Assembly: GCA_951406725.2 (NCBI GenBank)
Contig: OX597828.1
Span: forward strand, 38,192,001-38,256,000
Length of the DNA: 64,000 bases
DNA from: Octopus vulgaris
Taxonomy: Eukaryota
Direction of reading: 5' to 3'
Position 1 is the stretch's first letter, and each line of letters opens with the position of its first letter. Shown here piece after piece: positions 1 to 12,947 of the stretch. The notes beneath the pieces were generated by a model. It was not told the DNA's origin and ran no database searches. It saw only the letters and a list, made by a program, of their open reading frames with translations. A program made the position numbers and the translations under genes.

Positions 1-32
1 GTGATTGTGAGCCCGACGTTCTAACCACTAGG
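1..32 (-). mobile_element. 5' head of a tRNA-derived SINE (truncated by window edge)
   Basis: Reverse complement reads cctagtggttagaacgtcgggctcacaatcac, an A-box-like head similar to those at 25014, 46262 and 59068. Confidence 0.55.
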
Positions 33-687
33 GACAAATTACGGAGGAAAATCCACAATATGTCCCTGGTGTTAATTTACCAGAAAGTATCGTATGGTGC
101 GGCTAATCATCCAAAAGACTAACTGGATAATTTCGTTTTTTACGGCGCTGTGACAGGGTACCTTATACTCGACAGTGCCACCCTTCAAAATATTTTTGAC
201 ATGGTACTAATGTAATTTCTCCCAGTAATTTGAGCAACAAAAAATTTTTGCCACGGTGAATTTGCCGTTATAAGTTAAAGTATGTTACAAACATATTTTT
301 TAACAAACCCAAATTTCGTTTATTTCTAATCACCGCTTGGGGCTGATGCTCTTATATCTATCCCGACCAGACGGTCGAACAGCGCAATACAGTCACTGAC
401 GTTGGCTGTCTTTTAGTTCAAGCTACGACTTTGAATCTGCCCTGGCTTATCTCTTTTCGGTATTACCCATTGAAGAAGGCTAAACAGCCAGAAAGTCATC
501 AGCGAATCAGATAAGGGAGAAGCAATTGGCGGATATGTTGTTTCTACACCTTTTATCATACGGAATTTTTCTCCGCATCAACTGCGGTGAATTTGCCTTC
601 AAAAGCTAAACTATGTGACCTAACCTAAAGTTCGTTAATTCTTAATCACTGCTGGGTGCTGATACTGTAATGACAAAAATTACATGA

Positions 688-797
688 ACCACCATTGAGA
701 ACCACCGAGAACCACGACTGAGAACCGTTGAGAACCACGATCGAAAACCGCTGGGAATCACAAATGAAAACCGCTGGGAACCACGATTGAGAACTGC
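688..797. repeat. Degenerate minisatellite of gagaaccac/gaaaaccgc units (~10-21 bp)
   Basis: About ten ga(g/a)aacc motifs in tandem. Confidence 0.7.
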
Positions 798-1107
798 CTA
801 CATATTTATTTATCTGTATCACTGTCTGTCCATCTATTTAAGCATTTATGTCTCTCTCTATTCATTTATATCTACCTTTCTATCAATTCATCTACACATT
901 TAATTTTATATTCATACATGTTTGTGCCTGTGTGTCGGTATATTTATGCATAGAAATCTATTCACCTTTATTTGTCTATCCATCAACCTATCTAATCAGC
1001 TACAGCTATATTTCTCTGTGAATGTATGCATAGTAATCTATCTGTCTGTCTACTTATCTACGTATCTATTTATTTATTTATATGCCTATATTTCTCTCTT
1101 GATATAT

Positions 1108-1277
1108 TGGTTTCAAATTTTGGAACAACGCCAGCAATGTTTGGATAGGTGGTAAGTCGATTACGTCGACCCCAGTGCTCAAATGGTACTTTACTTTATC
1201 GATCCCGGAATTCGAACTCAGAACGTAACGTCGAACGCTAAGCTCTTTACCAAACAACCCTACCAGCTCACTACCTT
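1108..1277 (-). mobile_element. SINE family B, degraded copy
   Basis: Matches the reverse complement of the family B consensus (gagctggcag...gttctgagttcaaattc...gtcgataaa...agtacc...ggggtcga). Confidence 0.75.
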
Positions 1278-1949
1278 CTCTCAATCCATTTCTGCGATTT
1301 TTTCGGTACCGTTTGCCTCCAAAATCTGAGTTCCAATCTTACTAGTAGAGAGATTTGTTCTTTATTTTTTTTTCTTTCTTCAGAGATCGATAAGAAAGAA
1401 GAAGACAAAAGCAAAAACAATAAACACTCAAATCTCAAGTAGTTGCTTCATCAAGTGTATTTTAGATAATGACTTTTTTCTCTCATTCACTCATCAAATA
1501 AATTATATCATGCATTGTTGTTGTTTTTTAATTATTGAGAAACTTCCACAAAAGGATCTCACCCAAACATAACCCACCTTAACCTCAACCCCTCGCTGCA
1601 CCCCCACCAGACACACACTTCAGTGGGGGGGGGGTTGTTTTATGCTTTGATTAATTTTATTTGGTCCATTTTCCAACTGGTCATAGATTTCATCTGATGT
1701 CAATTGCTTAACTCTCTTCATTACATTCTTGAAAAAAAAAAAACAATAACAAAAACATCTCATTCTTTGAATTTCTTTGAGTTGTTGGGGGGGGGAGAGG
1801 GGTTTGTTTATTTGTTTTGTCTGTCTATTTATTTATATTTCTTTGCATATTTGTTTATTTATTTATTTGTCTTGACGCTTTTTTTTCTTTTCTGCCTTCG
1901 TCTTTTCTTTTTCAATCTACTTAGCTTTTTCCATTTTTTTATTCCAGGG

Positions 1950-2265
1950 CTACCACTACTACTAATACTGCTGCTGATACTACTATAACTCCACCTAATT
2001 CTACTACAACAACTATTACTGCTGTTGCTACTACCACTACTGCTACTACTTTAATTTCTATGTCTACTACTACTACTACTACTACTATTATTATTATTAT
2101 TATTATTATTATCATTACTAATGTTGCTACTACTGATACTACTACTACTACACATTCAGCTACCACTACTACTACCTTTACTACTACTACTACTACTACT
2201 TCAATTACTAATCTACTGCCTCTACTACTACTATCACTAATGCTACTACAGCAACTGTTATTGTA
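1950..2265. repeat. (ACT)n/(ATT)n trinucleotide low-complexity tract
   Basis: Directly visible runs of act and att. Confidence 0.9.
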
Positions 2266-2327
2266 ACTATTAAATACACTGTCAACAACTACGAGGCTTT
2301 CTCTTTATTTCTTAGTAAAAAGTTCGA

Positions 2328-2450
2328 CGGTATATGGCCCAGTGGTAAGACTGCTGGGCTTACGATCATAAGGCCGTGGATTCGATTCCAGGATTGGACA
2401 GTGCTTCGTGCCTTTGGGCAAGGTACTTCATTTCACGTTACTCCAGATAA
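2328..2450 (+). mobile_element. SINE family C head (tRNA-like plus CORE-like block)
   Basis: tggcccagtggtaag (A box), gttcgattcc-like B box, then gtgcctttgggcaaggtacttcatttcacgttactccag. Confidence 0.7.
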
Positions 2451-2667
2451 ATGCAAAGGAAATACATTTACTGTCTCACCATGACCCCTTCAGATACTAT
2501 TAATTATATCAGATGTCAACGGCTCTAGATGACTGCAGCTTACTGATTTATAATGTTTAGTATGATGAGGAAAAGCAGTAAGTCTGATTTTCTTCAAGGG
2601 TTCCATATCTGGAAGCAGGAATTGGGGAAATTATCCTCAAAGCGTGCCACTGTTTCGAATATTTTCG

Positions 2668-2828
2668 TAGCTGTGTGGTAAGAAGCTTGTTTACCAACCA
2701 CATGCTTCCGGATTCAGCCCCACTGCGTGGCACCTTGGGCAAGTGTCTTTTACTATAGCCTCGGGCCGACCAAAGCCTTGTGAGTGGATTTCGTAGACGG
2801 AAACTGAAAGAAGCACGTTGTATATATT

Positions 2829-2869
<41 letters not shown>

Positions 2870-2886
2870 ATGTGTGTGTATGTGTC

Positions 2887-2931
<45 letters not shown>

Positions 2932-3110
2932 ATCACTGCTTGACAACCAATATTCGCATGTTTACGTTCCCGTAACTTAGCGGTTCGACAAAGTAGACCG
3001 ATAGAACAAGTACTAAGCTTAAGAAATAAGTCCCGAGGTCGATTGTTCGACTAATGCATTTCAAAGCGCTGCTCTAGCATGGCCGCAGTCAAACGACTCA
3101 AGCAAGAAAA
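2668..3110 (+). mobile_element. SINE family A (tRNA head, CORE-like block, internal (TA)n/(TG)n)
   Basis: gctgtgtggtaagaagc...gtggcaccttgggcaagtgtc...gacggaaactgaaagaagc, microsatellite, then gcttgacaacc...gcatggccgcagtcaa. Confidence 0.85.
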
Positions 3111-3471
3111 AAATAAAACAAAATAATAGCAGCGTCCACAAAAGGCACCCAGGGCCCAGGTCGTGGTGGTGGCAGTGAACCGGGCGTCGGGTAAAATCTA
3201 CCAATTAAGATACGAAATGTCCTCCTCCCAGCAGACAACAACACAACATCCGTCTTCGGAATTCATAATCACAAGGCATTGGCCAATCCGAGACAATAGC
3301 AGGAGATGCTTGTTTAGGCAAGATACTTAACTCGTGGATCGAACTCGGAGATAGATAGTAGCGAAACAAACTGCCTAATCACGCATCCATGTTGTCTATA
3401 AATACGCCAAGGAAACTAGGAAACCTGCCCTTATGAGTCAGGCATGGCTTGAGAAGGAACAAACAATGTTA

Positions 3472-3690
3472 AAGGTCGCTAGATGGCAGAATTGTTGGCA
3501 CGCCGGAGAAAATACTTAGCGGCATCTCGTCCGTCTTTACGCTCTGAGTTCACCGTTCGACTTTGCTTTTCATCGTTACGGGGTCGATAAAATAAGTACC
3601 AGTTGCGCACTGGGTGCGCAACTGGTACTTATTTTATCGGCTTACCCACGCCCTCGAAATTGCTGGCCTTGTGCCAAAATTTGAAATCGT
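3472..3690 (+). mobile_element. SINE family B
   Basis: aaggtcgctagatggcagaattgttggcacgccgg...cgactttgcttttcatc...ggtcgataaaataagtacc. Confidence 0.8.
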
Positions 3691-4191
3691 TATCAAGGTA
3701 ATGGTAAAACGGCAGAATAATAGATACGATGAAAGACATTTCTTTCATTATGAATATACAGGTGTGCGCGTGTGTGTGTATATCTATTCACCTATTAGTC
3801 TGCTTACTGTTACCTGTATTTTATTGAACTTCTTTCTGTTCATCTTAATCGATTTCCAGAATCAAATTCAGGATATTCTTTTAGTTAGCTATTTTTAATC
3901 ATTCTATGTATACTGATAAATGTATACATACACTTACATATGTATAGCAGTATAGAAAAAAATCTATATATGTGTCTGTGTGTATGTATCTATGCAAACA
4001 TACAAACATGCATGTGTGTGTGTGTGTGTGAATACTTACCTATCCATTTACTCATATACTATTTATAGGTACCTACCTATAACGCTATATTTATCTACCT
4101 ATATTTATTTTTCTGCAGAAACATAATGAAAATTGTATGTATGAATATATATATATATATATTCATAAATGTATACATATATACATGGGCG

Positions 4192-4251
<60 letters not shown>

Positions 4252-4857
4252 AAATATGAAATATGAATTATTATTATTATTTATATACTTTCAAAGAGAG
4301 AGAGTGGGGACACAGAAACGATCCAATGAAAATAACGAAACAAAAGTGCAGAATTCAAAATAGAGTAAGTATTATTGATAGGCCTACGTTTATAGATAGA
4401 GAAATGAATTTAGCCAGCTGGACATTAGTTCATTATAGCGAAAAAAACAAAAAATAAAAATGAAACCAAGCGCATAAGAGAAAGAGAGACAACGATAGCA
4501 TTAAACAATACGGTGCTGAAGTCCTCGGCCCATGCATTCCTGTTTCTTCTCATTTTTCTCTCCTTTTCTCTTGATCCTTTTTGTTTTTCGATAGAGAATG
4601 TTTTTCCGGAACGTTAAATCCATTTCTATTTCTTGGACAATTAACCAACAAATGATGGTGAATTTCGCCCTATCTTTGTGAGCCTGTTTCTATTCATTCA
4701 TGCAATTACTTGCGTAACTCACCCCTTATACGAATCACCACGTAATAGGATTTGCTCTTACAAATTGTATCCTGATTCTTATAATTTTTACCCTGACTCT
4801 CAGAACTATCAGTCTGGATTATACTGGATACATTCACATATATATAAATATGTGTGT

Positions 4858-4906
<49 letters not shown>

Positions 4907-4987
4907 TGTGTGTGTATTTTCTACCTATCTATGTCTCTGTGCATGTGTATGTCTATCTGTCTGCCTGTATATATGATATATGATATA

Positions 4988-5037
<50 letters not shown>

Positions 5038-5065
5038 TATATATCATATATAACACGAATGCGTT

Positions 5066-5133
5066 TAGTATGTACGTTTCAAGTGTTTACATAGCAACTT
5101 GCAATGTGAACACCATCTCTTCAGTCATTACTA
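5066..5133 (-). ncRNA. Degenerate minimal hammerhead ribozyme-like motif
   Basis: Minus strand: agtaatga CTGAAGA g..gtgtt...aacac.. GAAA cGTA catact. Stem II gtgtt/aacac is clear; stem I is imperfect. Confidence 0.45.
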
Positions 5134-5279
5134 GCGAAATAAACTGGTAGAATTTTGTTTGCTCCTAATATAGTAGGCTGCATAAAAGAAGTCGCATAAA
5201 ACCACAGAAAGACAAAAGATACGAGAGAGTGCAGTTGAATAAATATCCAAAAAGGATGCGGTGCACGTAAAGATACTGT

Positions 5280-5286
5280 AATAATA

Positions 5287-5362
<76 letters not shown>
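5280..5362. repeat. (AAT)n microsatellite
   Basis: Direct. Confidence 0.95.
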
Positions 5363-5364
<2 letters not shown>

Positions 5365-5847
5365 CAACAAATGAATCATTAAATACGGCAGTAGATCTCA
5401 AACATAAAACGAAGAGAGCAATAAATTGAATTATACTGCAAAGGACGAGATAATTTATACATAAACTAGGAACGAGATATAATCTCCTTGCTGATAAAAT
5501 GTTAACGAACTTAGGGAATGACCATTATTCTCAGCAAGCCATAACGCTTTTGAATTTAAGAAAGTACTTATCTGGTTAATGTTCTTCTGTTAAGCTGTCA
5601 GGTCATTAATTGAACTGGAGATAAATAGATTTGCCATTTGGATGTGCTGCAGAATAAGTTGTGAGGGTTTTAATAATAAAATAGGAAATTTCTATTTGTA
5701 AATCTCTCAACGAGAGGCATTCAGTAACAGTACTGTAGAGTAAAGATTATTGACCAACGCAACATAGCAGTCCTAGTTTAGGACTGCGTCTAAATAAAAG
5801 TAACATTCCTCCTAAGCCACGTTGCGTTGGCATATAATCTTTACGTT

Positions 5848-6435
5848 AAGGCGATGAGCTGGCAGAAACGTTAGCACGCCGGGCGAAATGCTGGCAGAAA
5901 CGTTAGCACGCCGAGGTCGACTTTGCCTTTCATCCTTTCGGGGTCGATGAATTAAGTACCAGTTACGCACTGAAGTCGATGTAATCGACTTGATCCCTTT
6001 GTCTGTCCTTGTTTGTCCCCTCTATGTTTATCCCCTTGTGGGCAATAAAGAAATAAGAAACGTTAGCACGCCGGGCGAAATGCGTTGCAGTATTTCGTCT
6101 GCCGCAACGTTCTGAGTTCAAATTCCGCCGAGGTCGACTTTGCCTTTCATCCTTTCGGGATCGATTAAATAAGTACCCGTTACGCACTGGGGTCGTTATA
6201 ATCGACTTAATCCGTGTGTCTGTCTTTGTTTTTCCTCTATGTGTTTAGCCCCTTGTGGGTAGTGAAGAAATAGGTATTTCGTCTGCCGTTTCGTTCTGTG
6301 TTCAAATTCCACCGAGGTCGACTTTGCCTTTTATCCTTTCAGAGTCAATAAATTAACTACCATTTTCGTACTGGATTCGATCTAATCGACTGGTCTCCTC
6401 CCACCAAAAAATTTCGAGCCTTATGCCTAGAGTGG
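5848..6435 (+). mobile_element. Head-to-tail trimer of SINE family B
   Basis: Three successive gaggtcgactttgcctttcatcc...tacc blocks, the first two ending in the ccttgtggg...aagaaata tail. Confidence 0.85.
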
Positions 6436-6475
6436 AAATAATAATAATAATGATACTACTACTACTACTACTGAT

Positions 6476-6860
6476 GAGGGCAATCCCTCAAGGTCGAGGA
6501 TGATGGTCTTCGCGCAAATTTACTGGTGAGTCCGTAGGTGACCGATAAGACCAATTCTTGCATCAAAAGATCGGTCGCAGTGCGGACATCTAGTGCCGGA
6601 AAGGAGAGTCGCACGTGGTTGTTGTTGGCGCTCCTTCTGTCGTCGTCTTTTCTCCTCCAGCTCTGCAGACCTTTTCGACTCGAAAGTCGCCGTTCACTCA
6701 TGGATGGTGGTTTTCCAGAGTGGTCTGTTTTTTGCCGTTTCCTCCCAGTTAGTGAAGTCGATGTCACACTTGTAGCGTTTCTTCTGGCCTCCTTTTGTAC
6801 GCTTGCCGTCTTTGAGTTGGGAGTAGAATATCTGTTTGGGAAGTCGTTCGTCAGTCATTC
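6476..6860 (-). mobile_element. RTE/BovB-type LINE 3' fragment
   Basis: Peptide RMTDERLPKQIFYSQLKDGKRTKGGQKKRYK...WEETAKNRPLWKTTIHE is the typical RTE C-terminal region; it ends in a (tag)n-type tail. Confidence 0.85.
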
Positions 6861-6881
6861 TACTACTACTACTACTACTAC

Positions 6882-6949
<68 letters not shown>

Positions 6950-6960
6950 GTAATAATAAT

Positions 6961-7427
6961 AAAGCAACCATACTCTGGGATATGCCGATACACACAGAGA
7001 GAGAAATTAAGGGCAACAGGCCAGATATAGTTGTCAGAGATCATGAAGAAAAAAATGCTTTCTAATTGATATATGAATACCAGCAGATGACAACTTTCTC
7101 TAAAAGAAATGGAGAAACTCTCAAAATACAAAAACCTGGAAATAGAGGTAACTCGAATGTGGAATCTAAAAACAGAAACAATCCCTATCATAGTAGGCGC
7201 ATTGGGTATGATAAAACAATATTCAGACAAATACATAACAAAAACACCAGGACTTACAAACACATATAACATACAGAAAATTGCACTACTGGGCACTGCA
7301 AATATCCTACGCAAAACACTTTCAACACAGTAACCATCAGAGCATCACAACAAATCATAATACATACCCAAGGCACACTGAGCTGCGCTCGCTAGTGAAG
7401 TGAAAGCACGCTACAAAAATAAAACTA

Positions 7428-7431
<4 letters not shown>
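6961..7431 (+). mobile_element. R4/Dong-type non-LTR retrotransposon 3' fragment (restriction-like endonuclease), frameshifted
   Basis: ILWDMPIHTEREIKGNRPDIVV (PD-D/ExK motif), EKLSKYKNL, PIIVGALG, QKIALLGTANILR; flanked by (AAT)n on both sides. Confidence 0.9.
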
Positions 7432-7502
<71 letters not shown>

Positions 7503-7656
7503 CTTTACGTTTTAATAGTAATTTATCACAAAAGTAAAAGGCATACCGAAAACAATATTGATACTATAATTAAAGGTAATGATATTATTATATCAATAAT
7601 ATGAATAATAAACATAGCCTTAAATTAATTGCCAAAACAACAACAATAATAATAGT

Positions 7657-8060
7657 GGTTTCAAATTTTGACACAAGGCCAGCAATTTTGGGGTAGGGGT
7701 AAGTCGATTACATCGGCTCCAGTACATGACTGGTACTTATTTTATCGATCCTCAAAAGATGAAAAGCAAACTCGACGGACAAAATGCTGCTAAGCATTCT
7801 GTCTGGTGTGTTAACGATTCTGCCAGCTCGCCACCTTAATATTCCTTTCTGCTTAAAGCACAAGGCCTGAAATTTTGAAGGTGCGAGGGGGTCTAGTCGG
7901 TTACATCAACACCAGTGCTTCACTGGTACTTTATCGACCCCGAAAAGGATGAAAGGCAAAGTAGACTTCGGCAAAATTTGAACTCAGAACGGGATGACGG
8001 ACGAAATGCTGCGAAGCATTTTGGTCCTGCATGCTAACGATTCTACCAGCTCACCGCCTT
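7657..8060 (-). mobile_element. Dimer of SINE family B
   Basis: Two reverse-complement copies, each ending ...ccagctc(g/a)cc(a/g)cctt. Confidence 0.8.
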
Positions 8061-8096
8061 CATAATAATAATAATAATAATAATTAATAATAATAC

Positions 8097-8605
8097 TTGG
8101 TACATTTTGCAACAAGTATGGATTTGACAGAGGAAAAAATTGGTAAGACCATAAATGCAATGATCCTGTGGGATTTTATGATTCAGTGTGACCATGAAAT
8201 AGAGAATAGGAAACCAGTCATAGTCTTAATTGAGAAAGAAACCAAATTACGCTGGATTATAGATATAGTATGCCCAGCTGACAACAAGGTGTGCGATAAG
8301 GAAGAAAGAAAAGTTGATAAGTATGACAGGTTAACTTGGGAAGTTAAGCAGTTGTGGCTGATGAAAAAGGTGGTAATGGTACCAATAATTGTCGGAGCCC
8401 TGGGAACAGGGAGCAAAAATCTCGAGAAGTACATGGAGCAAATAGGGGCTGCAGTAATGATGGAGCACTTGCAGAAAACAGAACTGCTTGGAACTGCTTG
8501 AATACTCCGGAAGGTGCTCGAAAAATAAGAGGTGTTACTTTAGTCCACTGGTAGTGAACAGCTGACACTGTAGTACATCTCCAGCGCTAGAAGCTGTGCA
8601 AAGAC
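8097..8605 (+). mobile_element. Second, divergent R4/Dong-type 3' fragment
   Basis: ILWDFMIQCDHEIENRKPVIVLI...IIDIVCPAD...KVDKYDRL...VPIIVGALG...LQKTELLGTA; flanked by (AAT)n. Confidence 0.85.
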
Positions 8606-8665
<60 letters not shown>

Positions 8666-8680
8666 TGTAATTGTAATAAC

Positions 8681-8722
<42 letters not shown>

Positions 8723-8737
8723 TGTAATAATAATAAC

Positions 8738-8797
<60 letters not shown>

Positions 8798-8812
8798 TGT
8801 AATAATAATAAC

Positions 8813-8869
<57 letters not shown>

Positions 8870-8902
8870 TGTAATAATAATAACAATAATAATAATAATA
8901 AT

Positions 8903-8972
<70 letters not shown>

Positions 8973-9027
8973 TGTAATAATAATAATAATAATAATAGTA
9001 ATAATAATAATAATAATAATAACAATA
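8605..9027. repeat. Long interrupted (AAT)n tract
   Basis: Direct; periodic tgt and aac interruptions. Confidence 0.95.
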
Positions 9028-9515
9028 AGGTCACAGAAAACGAGAAAGCAACCATACTCTGGGATATGCCGATACACACAGATAGAGAAATTAAGGCCAA
9101 CAGACCAGATATAGTTGTCAGAGATCATGAAAAAAAATGCTTTCTAATTGATGTATCAATACCGGCAGATGACAACGTGTCTCTAAAAGAAATGGAGAAA
9201 CTCTCAAAATACAAAGACCTGGAAATAGAGGTAACTAGAATGTGGAACCTGAAAACAGAAACAATTCCTATCATAGTAGGTGCAATTAGGCATGATAAAA
9301 AAATATTCAGACAAATACATAACAAAAACACCAGGACTTACAAACACATATAACATACAGAAAATTGCACTACTAGGCACTGCACACATCCTACGCAGAA
9401 CACTTTCCATACAATAACCATCAGAACATCACAACAAATCACAGCACATACCCAAGGGACACAGAGCTGCGCTCGGTAGTGAAGTGAAAGCACGCTATGA
9501 AAATAAAACTACTGA
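9028..9515 (+). mobile_element. Third R4/Dong-type 3' fragment, close relative of 6961-7431
   Basis: MPIHTDREIKANRPDIVVRDHEKKCFLIDVSIPADDNVSLKEMEKLSKYKDLEIEV; same 3' UTR (gagctgcgctcggtagtgaagtgaaagcacgcta...aaataaaactactg) followed by (AAT)n. Confidence 0.9.
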
Positions 9516-9523
9516 ATAATAAC

Positions 9524-9574
<51 letters not shown>

Positions 9575-9892
9575 TTCTTTATTAACCACAAAGGGTTTAC
9601 ACAATGACCAAGGGCGGTATAGGAAAATAACATGCGAGATGCAATTTTTTTATTTTTTTATCTAGTTTCAGCTCACGAGTTATGGCCACGCTGGGGCACC
9701 GCTATGATGACGGGTTTCATGTAGGTGTGTAAATAGTAAAATATCAAACACGGCTATAGTCGGAGACACTTGTTAAGGTTCCACGCAGTGGGACTGAACC
9801 TGGAACCATGTGGTTTGGAAGGTGTATAAAGTATATGTAACTGCATATAGTCTACCCATGTGTCTGCCTATTTGTTTGTTCATTATATCCTG

Positions 9893-10115
9893 TTTACTCT
9901 CTTTTCTCTCTTTTACTTGTTTCAGTCATTTTGACTGCGGCCATGCTGGAGCACCGCCTTTAGTCGAGCAAATCGACCCCGGGACTTATTCTTTGTAAGC
10001 CCAGTGCTTATTCTCTCGGACTCTTTTGCCGAACCGCTAAGTGACGGGGACGTAAACACACCAGCATCGGTTGTCAAGCAATGCTAGGGGGACAAACACA
10101 GACACACAAACACAC

Positions 10116-10171
<56 letters not shown>

Positions 10172-10336
10172 GACAGGCTTCTTTCAGTTTCCGTCTACCA
10201 AATCCACTTTGCAAGGCTTTGGTCGGCCCGGGGCTATAGCAGAAGACACTTGCCCAAGATGCCACGCAGTGGGACTGAACCCGGAACCATGTGGCTGGTT
10301 AGCAAGCTACTTACCACACAGCCACTCCTGCGCCTA
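9893..10336 (-). mobile_element. Full-length SINE family A
   Basis: Complete reverse-complement copy from the aggcgcaggagtggctgtgtgg head to the aagtaaaagag tail. Confidence 0.9.
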
Positions 10337-10509
10337 TTTGTATGTAAATATTCCGAAACTCTTTCATCTGCCAGTTTCCAGTCTCACCATAATTCTGCAT
10401 CTCTTTCCTTATGGACGTTATTTGCATCGCCGTCGTCTCTCCTTTTCTCTCCTCATCCATTTGACTTCCATTTTCTCTTCATTCCTTCTTTCTTTCTCTT
10501 TCTTTCTCT

Positions 10510-10544
10510 TTCTCTCTCTTTACAGTTGTATAATAATAATAATG

Positions 10545-10608
<64 letters not shown>

Positions 10609-10622
10609 TAATAATAATAATG

Positions 10623-10680
<58 letters not shown>
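10510..10680. repeat. (AAT)n microsatellite
   Basis: Direct. Confidence 0.95.
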
Positions 10681-10681
<1 letters not shown>

Positions 10682-11560
10682 CTTTACGTTTTAATAGTAA
10701 TTTATCACAAAAGTAAAAGGCATACCGAAAACAATATTGATACTATAATTAAAGATAATGATATTATTATATCAATAATATGAATAATAAACATAGCCTT
10801 AAATTAATTGCCAAAACAACAACAACAATAATAGTGGTTTCAAATTTCAAATAGTGGTTTCTTACACACTTTCTATCTGTGTGTGTGCGCGTATGTGTGT
10901 GTGTGAGAGAGAGAGAAGGAATGTATGTATGAGAGAGAGAGTGTGTGTATGTGTGTATGTGTGTGAGAGAGAGTGTGTGTAAGGGAGAGAGTGTGTAAGA
11001 GAGAGAGTGTGTGTAAGAGAGAGTGTGTGTGAGAGAGAGAGAGGAGGAGTGTGTGTGAATGAGAGAGAGTGTGTGTGTGTGAGTGAGAGAAAGAGAGTGT
11101 GTGTGTGTATGTATGTGCGCGTGTGTGTGTGAGAGAGAGTGTGTGTTGTGTATCTGTGAGGGAGTGTCAGTGTGTGTGTGCATGATTGTGACTGTGCGTG
11201 TGAGAGCATGTGTATGTGTGTGTGCGTGTGCGTGTGTGTCGTTGTCTCTATTTCTTTATCTCTCTCTTTCTCTCTTTCTACTTCTCTCTCTTTCGTTCTC
11301 TCTGTCGTTCTATCTCTCTTTCTCCCCCATCCTCTCCCGTAGCCGGTCAATGAGTTTGTGTGTCGATTACGTTATCAGACAAATCACAGGTCATTGGTCA
11401 ATCGGTCAAATATCTCCATCGGAAAACATTAACCTGATGGCCAGGCCAATCTCAGGGTCATTTAGTCTATATATATGTCTATTACAGCGGTCAAATGGCC
11501 GTTTGGCATTGATTATAGATTTCAACTTCTGATTGGTCAGTGTGTGAGTGCGCGCGTATG

Positions 11561-11591
<31 letters not shown>

Positions 11592-12076
11592 TGTGTGTGT
11601 TCTGTGTGTGTGTGTGTGTGTGTGTGTGTATGCGTGTGTGTGTGTGTGTGTGTGTCCTTTACTTTTTTCTGTAATAGGGTTGTGGCCATGCTGGAGCACC
11701 ACCTTGGAGTGTTTTGTCGAACAAATCGATCTCACGAGTTAATTATTCAACACCTGGAACTTGTTCAATCGTTCGTTTGTTGTTGCCATTTGCCGAACCG
11801 CTGGCTTACATGGATTTAAACAAAACCAACACAAACACACAGACACATGCACATAGATATATGCACACACACATACATACATATACACGCACATACATAC
11901 ATATACACACACATATACACACACATATACACACATACACACAGAAAAACATATATATATATACATACACACACATGTATAGACACACATACACACATAC
12001 ACACACGCACATGAACACATACACACACACGCACATATATATACATACACACTCATATATAGATACACATGCACAT

Positions 12077-12107
<31 letters not shown>

Positions 12108-12514
12108 CATGCGCATGCACACACGCACGCACACATATACACACATGCACACACACACACACACACACACATACACACGCACACACAGACAGTATATCAA
12201 GAATTGTATTATCCAGTGTGTCTCCTTGGTTTGATGAGATGCTAAAATCTAAATGTTGAGGTGTAAATTGGCTAGCTATTACTTCTAGCAGATCGAACGA
12301 CATTATAATAGCTCGTTACGTGCCCGCTATTCTATTTTATTCATCTCGGCAGAATGAAAGCTAACGAGGACTGGAGACAATTTGAAGACGGAGGAGTCGT
12401 TAGAGTGTCTCCCCGAATATTTTGTGGCTGTTCTGGGTTCGAATCCAATCAACGTAAACTTTACCTTTCTTCTTCTCGGGACTGATAAATAAAATGTCAG
12501 TGATAGGCATATTC

Positions 12515-12710
12515 TTTGTTTCAGTATATTCCACTCCAGCCATGCTGGAGCACCGCTTTTGGTCGAGCAAATCGACCCCAGGACTTAATCTTTGTAAGCC
12601 TAGTTCTTATCCTATCGGTCTCTTTTGCCGAACCGCTAAGTTACGGGGACGTAAGCACACCAGCATCGGTTGTCAAACGATGTTAGGACGACAAACACAT
12701 ACACACAAAT

Positions 12711-12783
<73 letters not shown>

Positions 12784-12947
12784 ATTATGTATGTATGCGA
12801 CGGGCTTCTTTCAGTTTCCGCCTACCCAAATCCACTCGTGTTGTTGTTTTTTCAGCCCGAGGCTATAGTAGAGGACATTTGCCCAAGGTGCCCGGATCCA
12901 TGTGGTTGATAAGCAAACTACTTACCCCACAACCACTCTTGTGCCTA
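12515..12947 (-). mobile_element. SINE family A
   Basis: catgctggagcaccg...ccgaaccgctaagttacggggacg...cccaaggtgcc...gtgcct. Confidence 0.85.

Noticed and set aside
445-516. Hammerhead on either strand near 470-502
   Set aside because: The plus strand has TTGAAGA and no proper cleavage triplet; the minus strand CTGATGA lacks stems II and III.
1365-1445. Splice acceptor tttctttcttcag plus short exon
   Set aside because: Sits in a degraded SINE B-like segment (ctgagttc...ttcagagatcgataa).
6470-6500. CTGATGAG hammerhead core on the plus strand
   Set aside because: No downstream GAAA or stems; it is the junction of the RTE 3' end with its trinucleotide tail.
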